From Holothuria leucospilota (lineage: Eukaryota): DNA of 64,000 nt. The stretch's first letter is position 1, and each line of letters opens with the position of its first letter. The DNA lies in assembly GCA_029531755.1 (NCBI GenBank), contig CM055964.1, positions 35,970,802 to 36,034,801 on the forward strand, read 5' to 3'. Under the pieces are notes generated by a model. The model saw only the letters and a program-made list of their open reading frames with translations, did not search any database and had not been told where the DNA came from. Shown here in pieces: positions 51,904 through 61,555 of the stretch. Made by a program: the position numbers and the translations under genes.

Positions 51904-53479
51904 ACGGCAACAACGTGCTTTTCGATTTCAGGACGGTAGACAAAGAGGACGGAACGCGCAGCAAAAAAACTGGACTGCGCATGAGTAGAAGCGAGCATCG
52001 CTCCGTCCTGTTGATTTTCAGGACGGTCGTCGACCGATTTAACGTTCTGTTAGAAACAGGACGGTACAGGGGTTGCCATGGTAATTTCCCTCGTCCATAA
52101 CGTACGTGTTTCTGTGACGTTAAATTTGAAGTTAGCTGTATGCAAATGTACATCGTTTGTTCATGTAGCATGCAAGCTGCTGAAAAAAATGAACATGACA
52201 AACAAGAACAGTGCATATGTGGAAAGCCATTTTACGAACGATTCCGTGCTAAGCCAAAGAAAGCTATCTTGAGGTAGAATTTTTGTAAAATGCCCAGTAA
52301 CGATGGCGCCTCTATAATCCTGTGTAGGTTCGAAGTTCGTCATTGTTACAACTTAGCGATGAGTGTGGATGCTAACAAAGCACTGCAACTTAGTTAATAA
52401 ATGAGCGCGTCATTGTTTTGTTGTCATTCTACCGCACCGTCGTCTTTAAAACCGAAACGCCTTAAAGTGGGCATGACACGGCCAAAATAACTTTTGTGTA
52501 TTGCAAGATTGGGTATAGTAATGTAAAAGTATCATCTCACACACAATTAAAACCGGCGCAGTTCGGCATAAATAGAATTTGAAGAAAAACGTCCAGAAAT
52601 CCAATTTCGAAAAATGCCGCGACAGGTCACCTGACTTTTATGACGCAATTGGCGGCATCCCGCACTGCGCTATGTAAGGACGCGTATCTAGATGTGAAAA
52701 TAATGAAACGCTTTGCATGGGAAAGTTCATATCTTAGAAACTTCATTAAAAGGATTACATCACAATACCCGCCCAACATACAGAGCGCAAAGCGCGGAAC
52801 ATGTTGGGGGCTTCGAAGCATATCATTGGCCAATATGTTCGCGTGCATATGCGCCCGTGTTTTAGCTTCCCTGCATATAATAAACAGCTTTGTTTTGTGC
52901 AAAAAGAACGCTATCCGGGCACGCTGTACAGAACAGCTATGAACATGTATGGACAGTCCATAACAAGCGCGCCTTTACTCAGTGAGCTGTTCAGTAACGT
53001 TGCTATTGTGAATGGTAAGCAGTCACCGCGCAACGACGCATAGTTCACGATGTGGTCACTGGTCACGCGCGCTGCTGTATAGTATCGTAGCACAGGTGTT
53101 TGCAATGATGTACCTGCTAACACGCGTTAGCATGCACATGATTCGATGTGTAGAACGATGGGTGAGCTGCCTGGTACAGTGTTACTAACCGTGCCTCCAA
53201 TGACGTCACGATCTTGAGACGCGCTCACATACTTTTTTTTCGCTTTTGGATTTCAGATGGCTGAGTCTGGCCTGTAAATGGGTATTCACAAGGTCGTATT
53301 ACTGTGTTTATGGACGTAGTTGAGTCGGAAAAACATTTGCTTCATTTCAAGCTGTACCCAAATAATACTTACGGAGAAACGTACTTTGGCCGTGTCATAC
53401 CCACTTTAAATGTCAGGACAGAACGCCGGGCGCGCGTGCGTTTAACCCTCCGTCCTGTTGCTCTACCGTCCTGAAATCG
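51904..53479. mobile_element. ~1.58 kb TIR element. TIR: CTTTTCGATTTCAGGACGGTAGA..AGGACGGA, with internal caggacgg sub-repeats. It hosts the nested 940-bp element
   Basis: 5' end cttttcgatttcaggacggtagacaaagaggacggaacgcgc (51904-). 3' end ccctccgtcctgttgctctaccgtcctgaaatcgaaaag (-53479) is its reverse complement. Additional caggacgg repeats at 52010-52075. Confidence 0.55.
52466..53405 (-). mobile_element. Copy 2 of the ~940 bp TTAA/TA-flanked TIR element, nested inside the 51904-53479 element
   Basis: ttaa|AGTGGGCATGACACGGCCAA ... TTGGCCGTGTCATACCCACT|ttaa. It is the reverse complement of 13275-14211: the ORF-track peptides MLAGTSLQTPVLRYYTAARVTSDHIVNY... and MTQLAA.RTALCKDAYLDVK... recur. 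Confidence 0.8.
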
Positions 53480-53790
53480 AAAAGTCGCTAATAAACTTGT
53501 GTACAACTATACTACGGTCTTGAGCAAGACTAGTATGAGGACTGAACACTAACCGCACCAAAAACAGCATTTAAAGACATGTACAATATATATTATCTGC
53601 TTCACTTTGCATTGGAGAAGGTATTTAACAGGTTACCCCAAAATGGTACTTAGCGTATTTTTGTCATATTGTAAAAGTTGAGGGGGGGGGGATAAATTTT
53701 TGAATTTTATGGGTCATTCCCTGGTAAAAGTGGAGGGGAAACATCATTTGACTCCCCACCGCCCCTGATTTCCGTCAATGCACTCAAGCT

Positions 53791-54106
53791 CAGTGGCGTA
53801 GCTAGATATTTTTTGTGGGGGGCAAAAGCAAAAAATTTTCCGACAAGAGTATTATCTGGGGACTCCCCCCCCTTTTTTTTTTTTTTTTTTGCTTTCCGGG
53901 CAATTTGAGTCCGACTTTTGATTTCCACGTTCACATCATGTGTAATTCTGCTTACACACATAACAAGTGTTGTAAGTGTTTCAAATGAATTGTTTTTAAT
54001 TTATTTCCGACACTGAGAGACTATATATTTCCGACAGAGGCCTTCGGAGGCTTTGTGGGGGGGGGCGACCGCCCCCTGCCCCCCCCCCCCTCTAGCTGCG
54101 CCACTG
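53791..54106. mobile_element. hAT-like MITE (316 bp). TIR: CAGTGGCG(T/C)AGCTAGA, G-rich subterminal regions, 8-bp TSD
   Basis: 5' end cagtggcgtagctagatattttttgtgggggg. 3' end ccccccctctagctgcgccactg. Flanking 8-mers are ctcaagct and cccaagct (7/8 match). Confidence 0.7.
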
Positions 54107-54537
54107 CCCAAGCTGTATAGTATAGGAACCAGTAACGGAAAGTAACAGTGACACAACTAGTGCAAACAACGGGTGCCCATGGTATTTTTTCTAGACATTT
54201 GGGAATTGTTTCAATTCACTTAACATTGCAAAAGTTACATTAAAGTATCCACTAATTTCGAGTTTTTGTAATAGGCGTCATCGTCATCACCATCGCCATT
54301 ATTAAGAATGGGGTGAGGAGAGGAGGATTATTTCGCCAATTTTTTGTTGGGAGGTGGTCACTTTGTCACCCGCCCAGTGAAGTTACTCTCCTGTCTTCAA
54401 ATTTATCCATCAAACTGGCACAGTGGGTACGAAAAGCTTCCAGGATGTGCCCGATCGGTCTCGTAGGCTATACTGTATTGTATTATTACAATTGTTGTTC
54501 TCTCATCCTCTATTGGGTAACCCTTACGTGCAAATTT

Positions 54538-54628
54538 TTTGGGGGCAGTCAGCATATCATGCTGGGGGCAGTCAGCATATCATGCTGGGGGCAGTCAGCA
54601 TATCATGCTGGGGGCAGCATATCATGTT
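54538..54628. repeat. 24-bp tandem repeat, about 3.5 copies: gggggcagtcagcatatcatgctg
   Basis: tgggggcagtcagcatatcatgctgggggcagtcagcatatcatgctgggggcagtcagcatatcatgctgggggcagcatatcatg. Confidence 0.85.
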
Positions 54629-57600
54629 TTACTAAATATACTACATTGCAACCCTGAGCTAGGCGATCTGATATCTTGGTAATTCCTCTATGCGCCCCTT
54701 CTTTCCCAACTTTTTGTAGATAACTTTCTTCTATCTAGAATGACTATATGTATTGGTTAGGGGAGGGGCAAAACAATTTCGATTGGAATAATACCTCATG
54801 CTCTCAGGTTCGTCCGTTGATGGTAGCTTTTTTTCGACTGGGTTCAATCACTCAATTTGCCTCTCAAAATGAAAACCACGAACCGTCAGTGGTAGCACGG
54901 CTACTTGAAACAAGTTGGCATTTCAAAACCATGGAATAATTTTGTAAGAGTTTAAAGTCACTGCGGTCATGGTTTCAAGTTATTCAGTCTTGAGATTGCA
55001 CTTGACAGCCACACCAGCCATTGAGACTCGGTGTAGTTACTATTGGGACATTCTATCTGTGTATCTGGATCGGTCGACGAGTGCAAGGGAAGGAATGCCA
55101 AGAATGCGACGAGGTTGACCCAAGCTATCGACATTCTCAAGCCTTCAAGTAGGATAGCATAAACATTCTTGAAAAACTTAATTGGTAGATGTGAGTACCG
55201 CCCTTAGTAGCTTATAACAGGAAAAGGTCGGTCGTTCAATGGTTAATTTTATGGGCGCCTGTTGCTACGCAATTGTGTGTGCGTTGCTGGGCATTACATT
55301 CAACAAACGTTTATGAGGTAGATCAAACACTTGCGCATTCTCTCTTCGCCTCCCAACAGTTTCAAAATTGTTACTCTCTCTTATTACCCTGTTCTAAATC
55401 ATGGTATGACACCTTCCACGTACACTGTTCCGCATATAAAGTAGCCTAAGCCAAACCTTGTACTGATTACACCTCTATATTCTGACGTCTCTATGCTCCG
55501 ACCATCAGGGAGCTGTATTCCAGCTTTCGGATATAAAGACGTCGGAAGAGAGAACACCCCCCCCCCCCCCCAAGCCTTCTAGTAGCGTTTTTACGGCCAC
55601 CTTTTCCTGTTTACTACCATGCCTTTTCTGCTACTCTGCGAGGGATAGTCAGAGCCATTTCTGGCGATGTAGAACCTCAAGGGCATCACAGCGCGAAGCA
55701 AAACAGAGAGTAACCTAGCGTAGAACGGTCCTGTCAATGGCAACATTTCCTCCTCCGCAACCCCAAATCTATTCATGTCCACACGCATGGCAGCGGGTTT
55801 TCAATGCAAACTTTTCCCTCGATCTGTGTAAATTCCCGAGATTTTAAAATAAGATTGTTTAGATGCAGCTTGTAAGGCACGGAAAACGCCACTTCTGGCA
55901 GCCGCCCTTGAGGATATTTATTTCTTGAATTACACATGTCGCTAATTTTTGGGCAAGCTTCGGGCAATCGCGTGCACCCATCTCGAGTGCTAGTTTGTCC
56001 ATTAATGCTTCCTGTTGGACAACTTGGGTGAAGTAACTGTTGCAAAGCCCCAAGAAACCCTCACCGTCATCCTCTCCTCCAGGCTCAAGCCCCCTTCATC
56101 AATACCGGTCGGCTGTTAGACAGAATTTTAATTAAAAACTGCCCATTTGTGATTTTCGTGGTCTGCTTAGGGCCCATCCAAATTCCAGTGACGAAGCTTG
56201 AATGCACAAATCTAACGCCCACAATTCCGTAAATACCGTACCCCAGAGCTCTGGTGCATTGCCCCCCTCCCACACGTAAGTTACCCCTGGACCTCCAGGC
56301 ACATGGCCCCATGGACCCTACGCCCTGACCCCTGGGTTCCTGTGTATTGCAATGGCCCTATTCATTCAATAGTTTCAGAAACTATCAAAAGGAAGGCAGC
56401 CAGGTCACCAACACTGCTAGTCAGGGTAATTCTGCCGCAAAGTGTTTCCATTTGGTCTTTTCACTTACACATCGACGTCAGGGGCATTTTGCACTGGTTT
56501 TCACCTGCAGTAAAGGTGGAGCTTCAAGTATGCACTTATTCATTAGGAGCACTATCACTATTGGTCAACTGGAGGGTTCAGTCAATAACACTGGCATCAA
56601 ACAAGGTACTTGGAGAAGTGAAGTGATGTCATGATTTGGCCCTAGCAAATCTATCTGTAACATTTTCAATGTTTATCTGTAATGATGTAGCTGTTAAGCT
56701 TTGAAGGAGCTATGACATCCCCCAAATATGTTTAGGCATATCCACATAACATAGTTCTAAATCCAGTTGGTGACTGTACTTTGGCATTCATTCAAACAAT
56801 AATAGCATCACTCTGGTTGGTCATGACTTGGGACTGTCAGTTGTGTTCCTAATTAGGATCGCAGTCACATACAGTTTGTTTTTCAATGTTGCCTCGAGCA
56901 GGGAGCTGCCACTCTGGCAGCTCCCTGGTTCTACTACTAGACAGTTGTTTGTATTTAAATTGGAGGTGGGGCTAGAAGTTAGGTTTCTTGTGAGAATCTT
57001 TACTGTCTGGGGTGAGCCTTCAAGGAATGAAGCAAATGCTATCTTCCTTTCATGTCCTTGACTTTTCAGTAAGAACTGGATTCAATGAAAAAGATGTTGT
57101 CTTGGCACAAGAAAAGCTTGTTTTCCAACCACATCTTTCATTAACCTTAAATTTGCAATCTTATCAATATTCATAAAAGATGAGCATTCTTACCCCTGAT
57201 TGGCCCTCCACATTTTTCTGGTTGGGAAGTGACATTCTTCCCCGTTTGCTCTCTGACGTCGAGGTGTAAGTGAAAAGACCAAATGTTAAACATGTTACCT
57301 CGTGGCAGGGTTACCCTGACTACCATACTGCGTGCATGGAAGAACACTTTGTAAGCAAGATTTTAAGGACAAACATCGAGAATGCTGCCTGCTGTGCTAT
57401 GATCAAGTTTTCCAATTTCTGCATGCAAGCAGAATGTTCCACCTTACCATCTATGCTCAACTTTAACACCACAATGACTGACCACAGAGAACTGCCATGG
57501 GCCCATCTTTCAATGGATCTATTTCTGTACTGGTTGCACCATCATGCAACTCCCTGCTGAACACCTCTTGTTCTTCCTCAAGTAAACTTGTCAAAGACTG

Positions 57601-58640
57601 GGTAAATTTAGCCAAATCACCACCTGAAACCTTATCCCAAATTAACCTTGTGTTTTACATATAATGGAGGTGCTTATTCTACATTAACTTTCAAGGCCTA
57701 TGGAAAGCATTTTTGTCATTCTAGGAGGCATCTGAGCCCAATTTTTTAGGTACCTTAGCGTTACCTCATGACACCTATCGTTGGCAAATTTTCGTGCATT
57801 GCTGTAATGCAAAGAACATTACAGTTGGATTGTTGAGTTAAGGTATCACAAAGCGAGATTCAGTTCCATAATGCCAATGCCCCCCTCCCCCCCCCCCTTG
57901 TCTGATGGTGGCACTCTTCGGGGCATGACTGCACTTGCTTGCTCATCACAACCCCTTTCCCACAAGTTTATCTAATACTTACCACAGATCCACTCAGAGT
58001 GAGCTGTATGTTGCAAGACTTCTTCATACTTTAACAAAATGCACTGCTTTAATGCAATTAAAGCCTGAAGGTCCCTTAAATTTCACTGCATTACACTTTT
58101 TGAAGTGTAAGAACAGCCATACACCGGAGCAACTACAAATACATAAATTTTCTGTGTAGTACATACAAAATCAAACAACACTAATAACTGAACTTCAAAA
58201 GGGTTTAAGGTAAACAAAGGTAACTCATATATTTAATGAACTGTACAAGCTTGCCTCTTAAGCAATAAATGATAACTTGATTAATATAAAGATGGCAACA
58301 TCTGCAGACAAAAGCCTCAGAAATGCTGTTGAATACACATAGTTTTGCTTTAATATCTGTTACTTGGTACAGTTTGCAATGGACTCAGTCCATGATTTAG
58401 AACACTGGCCCAGACTTCTACGTCTCCAAAGTTGACATCTAATACATGGCCTTCTTCAACAGTTGAGTTTGTGTCAGTAGCTTTCCAGCTCTGGGTTCTT
58501 AGTAAAAAGAAAAACTTAAAAATGCCTGTAATAGGGTGCAAGGAGGATGACTAACCAAGTCCACAGAGCATAATGACACCCAAGCAACTCATGTCTAACA
58601 TAGAACCACCAGTTTTTTTATACTGCTGACAGCAGATGCA

Positions 58641-58910
58641 TTATCCAGACTTGAATAACAACACAGCTACTTGCCCAAGATAGAAGTAAATAAAATGTTT
58701 TGTTTCATGTGTAACGTAGCTGCCGAAGTTGCGTCCAACAATGCAGTGCCATGTGGGGCTGTATTTTTTGTCGAATTCTTTCTTGATGAATGCTGCAATG
58801 TCCTTTTCAATGTTGAACTTCTCCATGGCTTGGTTGGCACAATCAATGGCATCCTGCTGCATATCATCAGTCATGTCAGCATTCTTCACAACAGCTTTTC
58901 TGTCAGACAT
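58641..58910 (-). CDS. DYNLL: Dynein light chain LC8-type (DYNLL1/2, Drosophila ctp orthologue), 89 aa, CDS in a single exon
   Basis: [89 protein letters not shown] is about 90% identical to human DYNLL1 and fly Ctp as I recall them, and has the same 89-aa length. The Kozak-like context is gccaagATGtc. A pyrimidine tract followed by tttcag sits about 15 nt upstream of the ATG (minus strand), suggesting a 3' splice acceptor and an upstream non-coding exon. The ORF-track start at 58946 is an upstream non-conserved extension. Confidence 0.9.
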   Translation of the reverse strand: MSDRKAVVKNADMTDDMQQDAIDCANQAMEKFNIEKDIAAFIKKEFDKKYSPTWHCIVGRNFGSYVTHETKHFIYFYLGQVAVLLFKSG

Positions 58911-60426
58911 CTTGGCTGGATAACTGAAAGTAGACAAAAATACCAAGTCAACTTCAGTTTCAGTTTATTCTCTTTTCATCCTCCAAAGAGGTACTAGAGC
59001 CAATAAATATAACATTAACAAAATTATTTCAATTTACAAAGAACTTCAGAACTACTACTATACAGAAAGAACAAAAAAATACTGCAATGAAAGTCATGAA
59101 TAAGAAGCAGAAGCATTGGACGGATGAAAAACTAATAATGCTAATGGTTGGGCGTATTAATCAACTTTGGCTGACAATCTGCATAACATCACTGACAAAG
59201 AAACAAAATATTTTCATAGCTTCAAAGCCCCTAAGAGTGTAATAGACACTATAGAGGGATTTCATGTGACGTCACGCGCAATAGATTACCAGGCACTGAA
59301 GGGCAAAACACACGCAGTAAGCATATTTACAGCACACGCGCACAGCATAACCATAGCTACTACTGTGACACAATGGACGCGTGCCCGTCGAAACCAAAGG
59401 GATGCGCGATCTTGCCCTTCAAAACATAAAAGACGCGCGATCTTACCCTTCAAAATTGCGTCTTAGTTGGTTAAAGTCACATGACTGAAATCCCTCTGTA
59501 GGGAGCAGTATTCTTCACACAGCTTTCAATTGCATGACCCACTATATTACTACTAGCATAAGGCTGTGATGGTTTGTCCAAAACCAGAAACTAGTTTCTG
59601 CAGCCACTAAAACCGGTTTTTAAATCCAAACCGGTTTTTCAAAAAGTACATTGGCCTTGCATATGTACATTGCATGAGGTCTAGCCACATACTGGGAATT
59701 GTCCGAAGTTTTCTGGAAGTTACAGTCAAGGATACATTTGTATAAAAAGATAGCAGACTTTGTGTCGAGGTGTTAAATGCTTGACAGTGTAAAATTTTGA
59801 AACGTAAGTCACACCCTGGTCACTTATTTTTCAGCAACTGGTTTTTCAGTTATGCAAAAATTATGAAACCCAATCAAACCAAACTGGTTTTAACCGGTTT
59901 TGTGAACAGCCTTATACTACCATTCAAAATTAAAAGGTAGTTTCTTTCTAATGGTGGGAGACAAAATCTTCCATAACATTTGAAAAGAACCCCCTAAACT
60001 GCCAAGATTTATACTTCCTTCCCTAATTTAAAACACATTCTTCAATAATTCTTACATCATGTAGCATCTACTGTTTACAGTCATGAAACATCTACTGTCA
60101 ACACCAGATGCACTCAAGAATGCCATCACAAAACACAGTTTGACAGGTGCATCAATATCACTCACACTTTACACTGGTGGGTTTAGAGGCCATGTCCATT
60201 GTATCACAAGGCCAATTCTGAGACTTGGGGTCACAGGGAAGCATAAAAATACAACAAACACTGGCTAAATTACATGTCTGCCTATCATCATCTTTGACCT
60301 TCCACCATAATTAAGTGCATTAACAAATGCAACTAATGTTTTCCACAGGTCCTACAGGAGTAGTCACATACTTTTCAACCAACAGTCCCCCCACCCTCCC
60401 GTTTCTTACCAAAGGTCTTTGAATTG

Positions 60427-60682
60427 CTGTGTTCGCACTAAGGAATGAACATGGGAGGGAATTCCCTCTCTAGAAATTTTTTTGGGAGGGATTTTCAAAA
60501 TCAAGGAGGGGGTTATCACTTGGTAAAGACACTATTGCAATTTAATGTATGTATTACAATTGTAGTTATGACCTCAGCTGCTGAAAAGTGTGTGGGATTT
60601 TCCTGCACAGGATTTATTCTTGGGTGGGATTCGAAAGGCAAAAGCGGGATTCACACAATCCCGCACCTTAGCGCGAACACTG
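60427..60682. mobile_element. MITE (~255 bp). TIR: C(T/A)GTGTTCGC(A/G)CTAAGG
   Basis: ctgtgttcgcactaagg ... ccttagcgcgaacactg. Internal gggagggaattccctctc / gggagggattttc / gcgggattcacacaatcccgc sub-repeats. Confidence 0.5.
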
Positions 60683-60774
60683 GAACTGTTATATATAGAA
60701 CTAAAAACTTAAGACCATCTGCATGAAAACCACTTTCCATGAACAAACCATGACTGGAAAATGTATCTTAGGAG

Positions 60775-60972
60775 CAGTGTTTCCTCTAACAAAACATCCA
60801 AAGGGTCAATATATACCCAATATGAGAAAATTTGTCTCACTAGGAATTTCAGTGCAATGCATGCACACTGTATCACAAATGAAACCCACTTTATTTTATA
60901 CCATGAAAATCAGTGCGTCAAATCAAAGTCATTGTGTCAAAATTGCCTCGTAGTGGCTTAGCAGAAACACTG
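60775..60972. mobile_element. Second copy of the CAGTGTTTCC MITE
   Basis: cagtgtttcctctaacaaaacatccaaagggtcaatatatacccaatatgagaaaatttg...cttagcagaaacactg. Flanking 8-mers are cttaggag and tttaagag (6/8). About 75% identical to 22608-22836. Confidence 0.55.
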
Positions 60973-61351
60973 TTTAAGAGAGGGTCAGGGTCAAACTGTC
61001 CACAATTCTTTCTGTATTTTCATGTACAAATACAGTAAAGTTCCCTCAAAATGCCACCCACCCCAGGGAAGGGACCTCCCAGCTATTTCCACCTACAAGC
61101 CAACATTTCACATAGGGTCCAAAACTAAAGGAAAAGATCCCAACACAACCTACAAATGACTGGCACTTCAAAAGATGCCCCACTTCACAGTTTCTGGCCA
61201 CCACCTCACAGAAATTTGCTAAACCAGCTGTAGAAGTAGGCCCTACTGATAGTTCTCCCTCACTGTTGGTGCCAAGGCTGGCACCATATTACCCCCCTTA
61301 GACAAATACCACCTCACACTCTAAAACCCAGGGGGAACCCTGCAATACCAT

Positions 61352-61555
61352 GACCAGTGTTTCCTCTAAGAAATTATCCATTGGGTCAATATACCCAATA
61401 CGAGAAAATTTGACTAACTAGAAATTTCAATGCCACGCATTGACACTGTATCAACTTTAGGAACAAATGAAACCCACTTCTTTATTTTTTACCATGTGTC
61501 AAATTGAGAAATCATTGCGTCAAAATCGTGTCATAGCAGATAAATTTGTTTTTCC
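61352..61555. mobile_element. Third, 3'-truncated copy of the CAGTGTTTCC MITE
   Basis: ccagtgtttcctctaagaaattatccattgggtcaatatacccaatacgagaaaatttgactaactagaaatttcaatgcc... is homologous to 60775-60972. No terminal aaacactg is seen. Confidence 0.45.

Larger units (their letters stand above)
49885..51907 (-). other. Block Y of the inverted segmental duplication. It carries the 690-bp TIR element insertion (50282-50971) that is absent from block X
   Basis: See block X. The boundary at 51904-51907 coincides with the TIR of the 1.58-kb element. Confidence 0.7.
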
